Notes: generated by a model from the sequence alone, not told the origin. 64,000 bases of DNA from Eledone cirrhosa (GCA_964016885.1 OZ024749.1:33976001-34040000), one strand, 5' to 3'. Shown: positions 14,519 to 28,895, counted from the stretch's first letter. Program-made: numbers and translations.

Positions 14519-14587
<69 letters not shown>

Positions 14588-14588
14588 T

Positions 14589-14685
<97 letters not shown>

Positions 14686-14686
14686 T

Positions 14687-14720
<34 letters not shown>

Positions 14721-14761
14721 TATATATATATTTATATATATATATATATATTTATTTATAC

Positions 14762-14837
<76 letters not shown>

Positions 14838-15072
14838 ATATTTATACGTATATATATATATATATTTATACGTATATATATATATATTTATACGTATATA
14901 TATATATATACGTATATATTATATTATATCTAGTGTTTAAACTCAAAGTCATTTACAATTAATCAGCTCAAAGAATATTAACTTGTATACGTATATTTAT
15001 ATATATATGTATATATATATATAAGTATATATATATATATACGTATATATATATATATATATATATATATAC

Positions 15073-15239
<167 letters not shown>

Positions 15240-15394
15240 TATATATATATATATATACGTATATATATATATATATACGTATATATATATATATATATAT
15301 ATATATAAGTATATATATATATATATATATAAGTATATATATATATATATACGTATATATATATATATATACGTATATATATATATATATATAC

Positions 15395-15472
<78 letters not shown>

Positions 15473-15525
15473 GTATATATATATATATACGCATATATAT
15501 ATATATTTATATATATATATATAAG

Positions 15526-15636
15526 TTGAAAAAAATGAAAACGAAATTTCATTTCTCACTCTTAGTATGGCACTTACTCAAATGTAAGTATGTATGTATA
15601 CGTACATACATATATGTATACAGACGTACAGTAGCA

Positions 15637-15696
<60 letters not shown>

Positions 15697-15945
15697 TATA
15701 CACATATGCATACAGGTACACATACATATATGCACGCATCAGTTTAGCCGACGTTTATTATAACGCCTGCTTTGTTCGTTTGTTTGTCAACAAATCGAAA
15801 AGCCTGAATTTATGCCATACGGTGTTAAGGCAACCACGTCACCTTTTTGTTCAACACTGACACAGGAACGATGTACTAGTTTCAAGCTTGTTAGCTATCA
15901 TCAGCACCGTTTACCCATCTGCCAGATAGTTGAACGTTAGAATAT
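15526..15945 (-). mobile_element. Additional monomer of the 9.3-10.0 kb HHR repeat family, HHR at 15867-15911
   Basis: Shares 'aaaaatgaaacgaaatttcattt..cactcttagta' and 'gtatacagacgtacagtag' blocks; minus strand aacggtg-CTGATGA-tagct aaca agctt-GAAA-ctag-TA-catcgtt. Confidence 0.8.
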
Positions 15946-15955
15946 ATATATACCA

Positions 15956-15986
<31 letters not shown>

Positions 15987-16100
15987 CCAATATATATATA
16001 TATATATATATACGTATATATATATATATATATACGTATATATATTGCTTTATACAGGCATTGCTTTATATCTGGAGATCTCTCTGCACTTATATATATA

Positions 16101-16210
<110 letters not shown>

Positions 16211-16807
16211 AAAGTGTACCCCAAATATATATATACATCTGTGTTTCAGCCGTAGGCTGAGGCCATGTTGGGGCACCGCCATATATATATATATACATAT
16301 ATATATATATGGTGGTCCCCTAATATGGCTTCAGCCTGCGGCTGGAACACGTATACATACAAACACCACATATATATATATGTGAGTGTGTGTGTATGTA
16401 CACTACACTGTTGTATAAATCAACTTCATCTAAAATGTTTCTCTCGCTTTTGAGCAATATTTATAGTATGTGTAATCCTATCCTAGCGGAACATTTCAGT
16501 ACTGTGTAAAATCTTTGACATATTTTCTTTTTTTACCAAATAAGTATTAGTAATTCACCAGCTTATCTGGTTAAATTTCTCCAGCTGCATTATGCACTTT
16601 ACATAGTTTTCATATTATTTTGTACACAGAGCGACAATCAGTGCAGAAATAAAACATAGAGAGGCTCCAAGCAGTATAAAGCTTGGATGTACCTCGTTAA
16701 AAATAACTACACCACATGGTCTCACAAAAAAAAATGAAAACATATATAACATTTGATTATTTTTAGACCCCTCTTTACTTGAGGGCCTAGAAACATCACT
16801 TTTACCA

Positions 16808-17020
16808 TTTGGCAGTATTGGTAGAGCGTCAGATACCATGCTTTGTAGCATAGAGTTAGGTTCTGAGTTCAAATCTCACCGAAGTTATAGCTTTTCCTTT
16901 CATCCTTACGGGGTTGAAAAATATAGTACCTGTAATGTACTGGAGTCAATTTAATAGACTCCCTCCACCCCACCCCACCCAGTTGCTGGCCTTGTGGCTA
17001 AATCAGAAACCATCATTATT
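16808..17020 (+). mobile_element. tRNA-derived SINE family 1
   Basis: A box tggcagtattgg, B box gagttcaaatc, core 'ttcatccttacgggg', tail 'ttgctggccttgtg..agaaac'. Confidence 0.85.
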
Positions 17021-17277
17021 GTTGTTTTTCTTTGTTTTTTGTTTTGTTTTGCTTAATGGTTAATTCAAAGGTGAAAACAATAAGAAACGTGACTAGATTA
17101 AATGGGGTGTATGTGGCAGACAAAATAAGGTGTGTCGTTGGAAAAGCATTGCCTCAGCGGTGTAAATACTTTCGAATGAAGATGTCCGCAATTTTTCGAA
17201 AGGAAAAAAAAAATTATTGTTAATTCTTCATTTACACAAGTTATTCGTGGGTTTTTAGTAGGATACATAGTGAATAT

Positions 17278-17640
17278 GAAGGTACGTGGTTTAGTCGTTA
17301 TGGTGTTCGTCTCACGATACTAAGGGTGTCAGTTGGATTACTGAACTGGGCTGGGAGTTGTTCTTTATTTCACGTAACTCCAGTCCACATAGCTGAAAGC
17401 AAAAGTACCGCTACGTTACTGGTGCCAAACTGTATCGTCGTTTGTCTTATGTTCAAGTGAGGGGAGACCGCCATTCTTGGGTAACTGCTGGTCCTCCACA
17501 AAATTATTTGAGCAGGCTTGCAGTTTGGAAAGGAACATTCCAGCTACAACCGCATGACCAGAGGGAGTCTTCCTTGTTCATAATGAACGATATTCTGCTC
17601 TCAAACCAGTCAACACTCCTCGTCGGACGGGGCGATCTCC
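17278..17640 (+). mobile_element. Diverged tRNA-derived SINE (family 2/3-related head)
   Basis: 'ggtacgtggtttagtcgtta...ctttatttcacgtaactccagtccac'. Confidence 0.55.
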
Positions 17641-17725
17641 CACTCACTCTGGCGAGGGGGGGGGGGAGAGTAGTGTTCTGTTGTGAAAATAGATATAGCT
17701 TTCCTTATGTAAAATCTCTCCCTCT

Positions 17726-17935
17726 AAGGGCAGTGGATTGGCAGTATCGGAAGAGGGTCGCACGCCATGCTTTGGGGCATAGATTTACGGCCCTTTATGA
17801 TCTGAGTTCAAATCCCACCGAGGTTAACTTTGCCTTTCATCCTTACGGGGTTCGATAAAATAAAGTACCAATCACGCACTCGTGTCGATTTAATCGACTT
17901 TTCAAATTACTGACCTTGTGCCTATGTAGTAACAG
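17726..17935 (+). mobile_element. tRNA-derived SINE family 1
   Basis: Full head-core-tail match to the other copies. Confidence 0.9.
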
Positions 17936-18148
17936 AAATAAAGGTGACATGATGACATCTTCAATATGATGTCATATTAAACCAGTTAGTCGTAAAGTCG
18001 TCACACATTGTCATTAATATACAGTAATACAAACTACTACATATAGAATGTAATAGATCATTTATTGAGCAATGGTCTTCTCAATCTTAATTCTTCTTCG
18101 ATATTAGTTTTCTTCTCGAATCATACAGTGTATATATATATATATATA

Positions 18149-18342
18149 TAGGAACAAATAAGACCCCGACGGCTGAGCTCAAGCCGTTTCGACGGCTAAT
18201 TCAGTCCAGTATTAGCCGTCGAAACGGCTTGAGCTCAGCCGTCGGGGTCTTACTTGTTCCTATTACCCACTCTACTACCCTAAGTATTGAGTACTTTGGT
18301 GCGTTATGGTCCACCTGGTTCCTTACCACATTTCCTTCGTTA
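18149..18342 (+). mobile_element. Fold-back pLTR mini-element, family D copy 1 (3' half of an HHR)
   Basis: Palindrome 18149-18263; GAAA-cggct tgagctc agccg-TC-ggggtc reads as HHR stem III + GUC; tail shared with 28929-29010. Confidence 0.75.
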
Positions 18343-18461
18343 TATATATATATATATATATATATATAAGACTATACGTGTGCGCGCCAATACACATAAG
18401 ATATATATGAATGTATTTATGTATTTGTGTATATATATATAAATCTGAGTTTTTCGAATAT

Positions 18462-18650
18462 TAATAATTGTTTCTACTTTTTGGCACAAGGCCAGCAATT
18501 AACCCAGTATATTACTGGTACTTTATTTTATCGACCCCGAAAGGATGAAAGGCAAAGTTAACCTCGGCGGGATTTGAACTCAGAATGGCAAGGACCGTAA
18601 CTCTATGCGTCAAAGCATGGCGTCCGACCCTCTACCGATACTGCCAATTC
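18462..18650 (-). mobile_element. tRNA-derived SINE family 1
   Basis: Reverse-complement match to the family. Further minus copies or fragments at 20793-20988, 21150-21240, 21920-22030 and 22620-22850. Confidence 0.9.
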
Positions 18651-18797
18651 AATTAGTTTGCAATTATGCAAACAGCCTCTTTTTTAAGCCATGTCAGTAG
18701 AATGAGCCCCTAGTTGTTAGTTATAAATATCCATACATAAATATCCATACATATATAAACATACAAATGCACGCACCCGAACATGCATCTACATACA

Positions 18798-18842
<45 letters not shown>

Positions 18843-19040
18843 CTATGTATGTAGATGCATGTTCGGGTGCGTGCATTTGTATGTTTATATATGTATGGAT
18901 ATTTAAAACTTTTATACTCTGCTATGTATTGAGTACCTTACTTACTGTGGTTACCTCCGATTCAACCCGGAATAACGTATATATATATATATATATATAT
19001 ATACAAATATAAATGTATCTATATATATATTTATATGTAT

Positions 19041-19080
<40 letters not shown>

Positions 19081-19124
19081 AATATAAATATATCTATATA
19101 TATATTTATATGTATTATATATAA

Positions 19125-19220
<96 letters not shown>

Positions 19221-19618
19221 GCGTGTTCGTGTGAGTGTGTATATCTGTGTGTGTATTTGTGTGTGTGTGTGTGTTGAATTATTCACATGCGTTATAGATT
19301 GCCATGGAATCTCTATAGTGTGAGTGGTTTCTTCCTCTCAGTTAAATAACTTAAAGACATGATATATATCTACTGCCAAAACAGACGCACACAAAACACC
19401 TTCTACTGGCTCGCTCGGACTGCTTGACATAGTAACCAAATCTGCTTTTATTTACATTTTAGCGCCTTCTCTATAGAAGTATATTTTTGAAAACATAGTC
19501 GTTTATGTATAATAAGATGGAATTGCGACGAATGGAAAACTTTTAGATGTTTACTCGTTGCTGACCTAGGGTTAAAGAATAACAACACCAACAACGTGTA
19601 AATAGTTGAGCATTATAG

Positions 19619-19885
19619 TGGAGGCGTGTGGCCTAGTGGTAAGGGTGTTGGCCGTATGATCATAATGTCTTGGGTTCGATTCCTGGACTAGGTTGTATTT
19701 TGTGTTCTTTTCACGTTGTTCCAGTATACTCAGCTGAAAATGAGTACGAGGAATAATTGGGGGTTTAAACCTGCGATGGACTGGCGTCCTGTCCAGGGGG
19801 AAGTCTTGTACTCTCAGTCGCTTCACGCCATGAAAACCAGGATAAGCACCAGCCTCATGAGCCTCTGCGTTCGAGACAAACTTTA
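19619..19885 (+). mobile_element. tRNA-derived SINE family 2 with V-SINE-like central domain
   Basis: A box tggcctagtgg, B box ggttcgattcc; 'cctgcgatggactggcgtcctgtccagggg' resembles the V-domain; second copy at 22997-23250. Confidence 0.8.
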
Positions 19886-19979
19886 GAATGTTTAGTTGAG
19901 TATTCCACAGATACGTGTACAAGCAGTATGACACAATATGTAACAAGTCTGGGCCTTTGAACTAGAGTTACAATGCATC

Positions 19980-20140
19980 TGATGGACTTCCATACACTTT
20001 CCGTCTATCCAATGTCACTCACAATACTCGTTGATCTGAGGCTACGGTAAAGACACTCACTCAAGCTACCACAGTAGAATCGTACCTGAGACCTCCTGAT
20101 TGCGAACTAAACTTCTTAACAACTCAGCCATGTCTCCTCC
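19980..20140 (-). mobile_element. Old tRNA-derived SINE family 4; second copy ~20420-20775
   Basis: 'tttccgtcta..cactcacaa..gacactt..caagg..cacagccat' pattern, recalled as a common octopus SINE. Confidence 0.6.
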
Positions 20141-20246
20141 TGCGTCCGTTGATATACGGAGACGTCGACGTCAAAATCCTGTCTTTACTATATTAAATAC
20201 ATCTTCATTTTAAACATAAGAGATCATTTATTCTCCTTACTTGGCA

Positions 20247-20385
20247 TTCTTCTTCTTCTTCTTCTTCTTCTTTGTTCACTTATTCCTGAGAGGGCTGTGG
20301 GAGCAGAGTCCTCAAACACTCCTTCCAGTGAGTCCTGTCAGAAGCAACCCTTTCCTTTAACTGGCAAATTCTTTAAAGATCGGAA
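20247..20385 (-). mobile_element. RTE-like LINE 3' tip with (GAA)n tail
   Basis: Minus strand encodes ERVASDRTHWKECLRTLLP then a stop and GAA repeats. Confidence 0.5.
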
Positions 20386-21278
20386 GGTCAAAGCAAGAAC
20401 TGGCATCTATATATTCTCTTAATCTTTTGCTGGTTTCAGCCATTTGATAACGGTAATGCTGGGAAACTGCCTTAAAAGGATTTAGTCGATTATGTGGAAT
20501 TCAGTACTTAATTTTCCAATCGATCTGGTTTTATGGAACTGCTAGATTACGGTAAATAATCACAGACACAGATACAAAAGTAAACACACACCCACACACG
20601 CCGGGCTTCTGTAGTTTATTTTTAACAAAATTAACTCACTAGATATTGGTCAACTAGATGCTGTTTTGAAAGACACTTGGGCAAGGTGCTACTCAGTTGA
20701 GTTGGAGTGAACACGAAACGATAACGTGAAAACGTGATAGCGAAGGAAACTCTTTGACTACACAGCCATACCTGCGACTATATGTGTATGAATAATAATT
20801 GTTTCTACTTTTGGCACAAGGCCAGCAATTATCCCTATGCATTACTGGTGCTGTATTTTATCGACCTCGTGAGGATGAAAGGCAAAGTTAAAATCGGCGG
20901 GATTTGAACTCAGACCATAAAGGGCCGTAACTCTTTGCTGCAAATCATGGCGTCAGACCCTCTACAGATATTGCCAATCCACCGCCCTCATAAGTATGAA
21001 TAATAATATAAACACATGTACAATAGCTATTTAATTCATATATATATGTTATATGTGTTTATATCTTACTGCAACGTTAGGTCCTATTCAATTTGATTGA
21101 CTGATAACTTTTCAAATTACTACTTGTATTTGTTTCCTTGAAAAGAAATATAATTGTTTCTACTTTAGGCACAAGGCTAGCAATTACCCAGTGCATTACT
21201 GGTACTTTATTTTATCGACCCCGTAAGGATGAAAGGCAAAAGAAATATAATATACATTATCTGTCTCTGTGTTTACAG

Positions 21279-21341
21279 GGAGTAGGTGGATTTATCATAG
21301 AGATGCATGACTACATGTCGAAGGGAATTGACCAACTTTGA
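21279..21341 (+). CDS. Possible terminal coding exon of an unidentified host gene (GVGGFIIEMHDYMSKGIDQL*)
   Basis: Polypyrimidine tract + tttacAG acceptor, open frame to TGA, followed by unique UTR-like sequence; no homology recognised. Confidence 0.22.
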   Translation, partial: GVGGFIIEMHDYMSKGIDQL

Positions 21342-21611
21342 AAGACGTTTATCGATCTTGCCAGCTCTTAGTATTTACATGGGAATCACTGAAGGTTTTA
21401 GAAACGTTAAATGTATTAAAGGATACAACGTCCTGCATTGTTTCGTTATCACCTCCTTCAACACTAAACATTTGCTTCTCTCCCAAACATCTCTTACAAA
21501 AGACTCTCCTTCATTGTAGACGAACTCTTTTCATTCGAGCATTTCAAATTATTAATATGAATGGCGTCATATAGTTATGCGTATGTCAATGACTTTCAAC
21601 ATTGTGCATAA

Positions 21612-21659
<48 letters not shown>

Positions 21660-22996
21660 ACATGCACATGTACATACATGCATATATACAAAAGAATGAT
21701 ACTAAACGAAACAAGACATTGGAGACGGAACAAACAGACAACGGAATTTACCACTCATCAGCTGTCAGGTGGAATTCATTGTGATTTTGGCTATCAACTT
21801 ATGTAACTAATAGCTTAATAAATGTGACATGACAACAGAATACCGTACATCATGTAAGTCTTTCAACCGAATTCATAAGGCAACGAATCAAAAATATATA
21901 TATAACAGACGGGACAACCCGACGGGTACTTTCTTTATAGACATCAAAAGAATGAAAGGTAAAATTGAATTTGGTGGGATTTGAACTCAGATCAAATATG
22001 GAGACATTTTTAATTCGCCAATTTACCGCCTTCTGTGTTATGTTATGTTATGTTATGTTATCTAAATTTCAAGTTTACGAGGTCAGATCAGATGATAAAA
22101 TAGATATGTGTAACTCCCCCCAGGCTCGCGAACAGTCAAAAGAAACGTCTACCTTTGTCAACGAGCCAACTACAAATGTAATTGCTGTGATTTCGACGAA
22201 CAATACTTATCACATTGGCAAACATCCAGAAATTTTGAGATGAGTCTATAGTATATTTAATAGTTATAGTTCTTGTAATGGTGCTTATTATATCGATCAT
22301 AGACTGATAGATGATGAAATGATCTTCAACAGAACACAAAAAAGACGCAACTTAACACCCCAGGGCATTCAGTACGATGCTCTACGGTTTCCACCACTAC
22401 ATCATTCTTAGTAACCTCAACGCTTACTCTAACTTGGCATTGTAGAGTTAACGGACCCTTAACTCCTGACGAGTCATAGGCGTGCCATATTGACATACAG
22501 CGTTTCTAGGGCATTTTTTAAACCAGCCGGAGCCCATCTCCTCTCCAGGTCTGAATACAGTAGATTTCTTCCAGAGAAGGATAGAGAGAGTGAGCGAAAG
22601 GACGTGAGAAAGAGATATTGAGGAAGAATCGACCATAGTACTAGACTGGTACTTTTTTTATCGACCATAAATGGACAAAAGGTAAAGGTGAACTTGACGG
22701 GATTATGAACTCAGTGGTACTTTTTTTATCGACCTTGAATGGATGAAAGGCAAAGTTGACTTCAGCTGGATTTGAACTCAAAGAACAGAGAGCCAAAATA
22801 AATGATACAAAGCATTCTATCCGATGTTCTAACGACTCTGCCAATTCGCAAACTATTACCCGAACTTACGCAGCAACAAAAACGGTAAACGTTGTAACGA
22901 TATTAACTATATGGATTGGCAGTGTCGGTAGAGCGTCAGACACCATGCTTTGCAAATATACTCGCTGGCATGGAGTAAAGATGTTCACATCATAAT

Positions 22997-23250
22997 ACAG
23001 GGTGTTGGACTCCCGATCATAATGTCATGGGTTCGATTCTTGGACTAGGTTGTGTGCTGTGTTCTTGAGCAAAGCGCTTTCACATCGCTCCAGTATACTC
23101 AGCTGTAAATGAGTACCAGCAATAGCTGGGGGTTTAACCCTGAGATGGACTGGCGTCCTGTCCAGGGGGAGTCTTGTACTCTCAGTCGCTTCATACCGTG
23201 AAACCGGAATAAGCACCGGCCTGATGAGCCTTATGGCTTAAGATAAACTT
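22997..23250 (+). mobile_element. tRNA-derived SINE family 2
   Basis: Matches 19619-19885. Confidence 0.8.
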
Positions 23251-23415
23251 TTTTACTTTTGTTAACAAGAACTAGAATATTAACTGCGACGGTGACAACT
23301 ACAAAACCTAGTACAATAGTACTATAACAGCGATTAAATAACTGCTTCAAACACAAGTAGCTATGAGATTTGTAAACTCTGCGGGAACGTTCGTATGCAG
23401 ACAATTATATATATA

Positions 23416-23467
<52 letters not shown>

Positions 23468-23475
23468 TATATATA

Positions 23476-23663
23476 TATTTATTAAAATAACAGATTAAAG
23501 TTTAAGCAAAGAATCGCTGCTTTCACCCTTAACGGGATCTTCTGAAACTTTAATCTGTTATTTTAATAAATATTTGCTCAACAGTTCTTATATATTTGAT
23601 ATATATATTTATCCTTATCGAGCCCTCTTTGGATTTTAGTCTTCAAATTTATTATTATTACTA

Positions 23664-23665
<2 letters not shown>
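23476..23665. mobile_element. Fold-back pLTR mini-element, family E copy 1 (HHR-like, CAGAAGA core)
   Basis: Minus strand aaagttt-CAGAAGA-tccc gttaa gggt-GAAA-gca..tgc-TT-aaacttt (23497-23551); tail shared with 36137, 38521 and 59507. Confidence 0.7.
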
Positions 23666-23716
<51 letters not shown>

Positions 23717-23811
23717 GTAGTTCTACAATAGTTAATTCACCATACCGAGAACAAATGTTTCACTTTATTCGGATCCTCAGCTCGGTCTACTATTATTTAT
23801 ATATATATATA

Positions 23812-23892
23812 TAGGGTGTCCCAAAAATATGTATACACACTTCAACAGCATTCTAATAAGATGTGTAGAATTTTTGTTTTTAGGATACCCTG
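23812..23892. mobile_element. ~80-bp Tc1/mariner-type MITE
   Basis: TIR-like ends tagggtgtcccaaaa / ttttaggataccctg with TA on both sides. Confidence 0.55.
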
Positions 23893-23902
23893 TATGTATA
23901 TG

Positions 23903-23971
<69 letters not shown>

Positions 23972-24538
23972 CTTATATATATCTGTGTGTTTTTGTGTGT
24001 GTGTGTGCGCGTGTATATAAACGAGACCAAGAGATAGCTATTCTCTAGGGTTTATTACCCTGTTTAACGAAGCAACCCTGGAATCAGACCCTACATACAG
24101 ACTATATAACATAGATTTTGTAGATCAGTGCTGACCAGGACTGTAACAATAACAGTAACAATAACATCAACAACACACACATACATATATGGGGGGTGTA
24201 TCTGTTTGTGTAGACAGTGTAAAAATGAAAGGATAAAAACGATTAAAATAGAAAAATAATTGCTCCTGTTATTTTTGTTTTAGCTTTTCTTATTCTGTTG
24301 TATTTATTTGTTGTTAGATATTCTCATTATTTTACTTTCCCTCCATTCCTATTTTCTACAGAGATATGATAAATGTAATGTTTTATCTGTAAATTGAATC
24401 TTCCCAAAATTACCAAATTTTCTTTCTCTATGAAATGATTTTATTTTACATTTGACGCCAATGAGATTTCATTAGCTTCAAAAGTATTGCTTCAGCACTG
24501 AAGTCAGTTTGTTTTATTATAGCAATTTATTACTAAGT

Positions 24539-24645
<107 letters not shown>

Positions 24646-24780
24646 GAGAGAGAAAAAGAGTTAGTTCCACAACGTAATGTGTGTGTGTATGTGTTTACAT
24701 ATATGCGTGTAATTTTGTGTGTGCATATAGATATATATATCATATTAACATATTTATATACATACATATATATATATATA

Positions 24781-24829
<49 letters not shown>

Positions 24830-24940
24830 ATATATATAGTACAACGAATATTTCAAGCTAGAATTGGTTTCTTTATTACGTAATTAAATATGCATATATA
24901 GAAATGTTTTTGATACTATTGAGTTTATATATTTTTCACT

Positions 24941-25002
<62 letters not shown>

Positions 25003-25099
25003 TTTAGCAGTTTTGTTGGGTTTTTTTATGCAAATCCTGTCGTTCTTTTAAGTATATACTTCGAAGTATTTATACTCATCAGAGAAACTGAAAAAAAAA

Positions 25100-25550
25100 A
25101 ATTGTTTCTACTTTTGGCACAATGCCAGCCATTTTGAAAGGAAGAACTAAATCGATCAAATCGAAACCAGTACATTACTGGTACTTTATTTTATCGACCC
25201 CCGTAACGATGAAACATTAAGTTAACCTCAGCATGATTTGAACTTGGAACCTAACGTGGGGGTAACTCTATGCTGCAAAGAATGTTATCCGATGCTCCAC
25301 TGATTCTGCCAATGCACCGCTAATTAATAATTGTTTCTACTTTAGGCACAAGGCCAGCAATTAGCCAGTGCATTACTGGTACTTTATTTTATCGACCCCG
25401 TAAGGATGAAAGGCAAAGTCAACCTCGGAAGGATTTGAACTCAGATCGTAAAGGGACGTAACTATGCTGGAAAGCATGGTGTCTCACCGCTAATTAATAA
25501 TGATTTCTATTATAGGCACAAGGCCAGTAATTTTGGGGGGAACGGGAAAG
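25100..25550 (-). mobile_element. Three head-to-tail SINE family 1 copies or fragments
   Basis: Repeated tail-core blocks at 25100, 25325 and 25495. Confidence 0.85.
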
Positions 25551-26012
25551 TCGGAATTGTCTTATCGAACAAGAGCAACAAATAATATCAGATCATAAAC
25601 GTGGCCATATCAAATGACACGAATATTGTGAGAATGACACGAATAAGAGATTGAAAAATCCCCAACTACTTTGAATTAAAAGTGAATGTGGCGAGGCTAT
25701 TTGGGTGCTAGAGGGTAATGTGAAAATGACACCTCTTGTGATCAGGGCATTAGGGTCAATCCCATTGAAACTTCAAGTCTTCTTTAAAGCCACTGGGAAT
25801 ACCATACAGGTTAGGTGTCATACAGAAGGCGGATTTGCTAGGTACTGCTGACATTTTGAAGAAAGTATTATCTAACTGAGGTCCCTGTTATGACTTAACA
25901 GATGACTAAATACTCCAGTGAAGTATCCATCTGCACTGAATGACAAAGCAATAGAAGAAGAAGAAGAAGAAGAAGAAGAAGAAGAAGAAGAAGAAGAAGA
26001 AGAAGAAGAAGA
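25551..26012 (+). mobile_element. R4/Dong-like non-LTR retrotransposon 3' end (degenerate RLE domain) with (GAA)n tail
   Basis: Frameshifted peptides IINVAISND, ELKVNVARL, PLVIRALGSIP, LGIPYRLGVIQKADLLGTADILKKVLS*. Confidence 0.75.
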
Positions 26013-26494
26013 ATTAAGTTAACTAAAATGACAAACGTCCAACAGTTTCAACCGCCACCACCACCATAAGAAAGAAGACATTCCTTCTAATCTGTCTAAT
26101 ACAGCGGGCGTGACTCTTTTTTTCTTCTATTTTTAGAGAAAATATAGAAAAGAAACAAAACAGGAGAAAATTCCATTAAAGTCTAAAGTGATTTTTCCGA
26201 TTGATATCGATAATTAACCCTTTAATTTCGAACTGATGGATTTTTCCTAAAGAAATTTTTTAATTTAATATTTTTTTTATTAACATTTGTTTTATTTATG
26301 TGTGTGTTTATTTGTTGTGGATGGGGGTGGGATGGTTAATTGTTGTATAATTGGAGTTATAATTATATTGTGCTAAAACTACAAAACTGAGTGTTTGGAA
26401 GGAAGTGCAGAGTCTCCAAGGATCATGAGAGAAATGGATGGAGAAACCGTGTCCTTTGTGTTTCCTTCAAACTGGAGTCAATGTATCTCTGTAA

Positions 26495-26895
26495 TATATT
26501 GGTTTCTGATTTAGACACAATTCTAACAATTTGGTGGGGGGAGGGAAAGTCAATTAAATCGAGCCAATGCATTACTGATACTTTATTTTATCGACCCCGT
26601 AAAGATGAGCGGCAAAGCTAACCGCGTCAAGATTTGAACTCAGACCGTAAAGGGACGTGATCCTATGCCAATACCCCGCCCTAAAATTTGTAATATATTG
26701 GTTTCTTATAAAGACACAAGGCCAGCAATTTTGGGGGAGAAGGAAAGTCAATTAAATCGACCCCAATGCATTACTGGTACTTTATTTTATCGACCCCGTA
26801 AGAATGAACGGCAAATCTAACCTCGGCAGAATTTGAACTCAGATCGTAAAGGGACGTAATCCTATGCCAATCCCCCGCCCTAGTATCTGTAATAT
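26495..26895 (-). mobile_element. Tandem pair of SINE family 1 copies (~200-bp period)
   Basis: Both copies share the same head deletion 'tcctatgccaat.ccccgccc'. Confidence 0.85.
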
Positions 26896-27840
26896 ATTGA
26901 AATCATTAACCGACCTAAAGAAGGGACAATAAACGAACATCTACGTGGTCGCTAAATATGCTAAAAGTAGCGACAGATATCTCCTTTAATTCAGAATTTA
27001 CTGTGTTAAAAAGAGAAGGAAAAAATTCTCAAATTCGTGATCATGATAACGGATGGTTTTGAGTCTACCCGATGAAGGTTTACCAAAGTTGATCAATAAC
27101 AATAACGGCGACCAGAAAATTCAAATCAACCGCACAGCCTCACCATACTCAATATAACAGAGTCATATGAAAACTGTAAGGAGCAAAAAACATGAATTGC
27201 ATAGAAGACATGCTGAAATAACACACGCAGGTTTAACATTGAAAAGCCATTTTGAATAGAAATTGAAATGCATTTAGGAAGCAATCATAAACACTATAAG
27301 ATCGCAAAAGCAATTACATATAAAAAGAACGACTCCTTTGGATATATTGTGGAACAAAAAATCAGTAAAGAAAACTGGATGATGAATTAAAGCTCTTTAA
27401 AAACACGCAACATTAAATGCTGAAATGCACTAAAATAAAATATAATGTAATCTCAAAAACGGATTAGGAGAGCAAATATATTATGAGATACTATAAGGCG
27501 AAATACGACTCAAATAAATTACACACATCGTTAAAGAAAAAAATAGGCTAATGATATATATACAAAATGATCTTCAGCTTATGAAATATAAATTAATCGA
27601 ATTGTAAAGCTTGGATAATGAAATAAAATCAATGTTTCTAATAACCCTCTGAATCAATTATATTCTTTTAACGGGGAACAGAGAATTATTGCATTCCTAA
27701 GGACCACCGCATGAAGTTCAGATTTGTTCGGTCCCATATATGTATATATAATCATACATAAACGTATATATATTACACACATTCAGACATACATACACAC
27801 ACACACCCATACATATATGGACGTGAGTCTACATGCAAAC

Positions 27841-27930
27841 ACATATGTGAGGAGCTTCTGATTCCAGAGTCAGGATCGATCATTAATCGATCGTTCTTCG
27901 AGGTAATCGGCAGTGAAACATGTAATATGT
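27841..27930 (+). ncRNA. Degenerate type-I hammerhead (C3->G) at the 3' end of a decayed PLE-like fragment (~27100-27990)
   Basis: acatat-GTGAGGA-long stem II (gatcgat/atcgatc)-GAAA-catg-TA-atatgt. Confidence 0.6.
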
Positions 27931-28004
27931 AATTAAATATGTATATGATGCAATACTGATTCTTTGTTCCCTTTAATATTATAATTCCTACTATATATAT
28001 ATAT

Positions 28005-28273
28005 ATTGTTATACTTTGGGAGGGTCATGTTGCCAATAAGAAACACACACACCAGTTACTTTCACTCCAATTTATTATATATTTTTTAAAATTTTCAAAC
28101 AAATTTTTTTTTTTTTTTTTGGTAAAAAATGTTTAGCTTATAATAAATTGGAGTGAAAGCAACTGGTGCATGTGTTTCTTATTGGCAACATGACCCTCCC
28201 AAAGTATAATAATATCGGTTTCAACACACGTTTTCAGATAAAGAATCTTGCTAAACAAATTCAGAAACGAAAT
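28005..28273 (+). mobile_element. PLE family B copy 3 (shallow fold-back, no HHR)
   Basis: Arms 28005-28078 / 28139-28215; long tail matches 13300-13362 inverted. Confidence 0.85.
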
Positions 28274-28316
28274 ATATATATATATATATATTTATATTGC
28301 ATTGTAGAGGCTTCCA

Positions 28317-28353
<37 letters not shown>

Positions 28354-28455
28354 TTTAAACAGTTTTTTTTAAGTTTCCTCTTAAAAAATTGTTCGTCTTA
28401 TTTTTTTTTTTTTTTTGTCTGTTCATTGTCTTTTCCTTCTTTGTTAATTTTCTTA

Positions 28456-28526
<71 letters not shown>

Positions 28527-28895
28527 CAAGTATTGCACCAAAATGATATAAATATTAGGAATTTATTTGCTTTAACATGTTTCTGTGACTATTATAATTG
28601 TCTACAGACACATATATATATGGGTGGGGTGCTACATATATATATATGGGTGGGGTGCTACAGATACGCGGCGCGCTTTGAAAATACTTAAGAATCTTTG
28701 GTAATGATAGCGTATGGATGGTTCCTTTGAAGTTTACAAACTATCTTTTTACAATGAAGTCAACTGTGCAGCGGCGGCATATTGATAAGTCACTTGCATA
28801 TGAAGGAGTGTGTGCACCTTCCTGCATATACCAGATCTGCATAGCATGTTATAAATTGTATGTCTGTGCGTGTGACTGCGTATATAAATCTAAAC

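Noticed and set aside
19619-19700. tRNA genes at SINE heads (also 29489, 11570, 41546)
   Set aside because: A/B boxes are present but there is no complete cloverleaf and they continue into SINE bodies.
22463-22510. CTGACGA-gtca..tgac as a hammerhead
   Set aside because: No GAAA after stem II and no convincing stem I or III.
23198-23240. GAAA..CTGATGA in the SINE family 2 tail as a hammerhead
   Set aside because: No NUH plus stem I between the motifs, and the second copy has CTCATGA.
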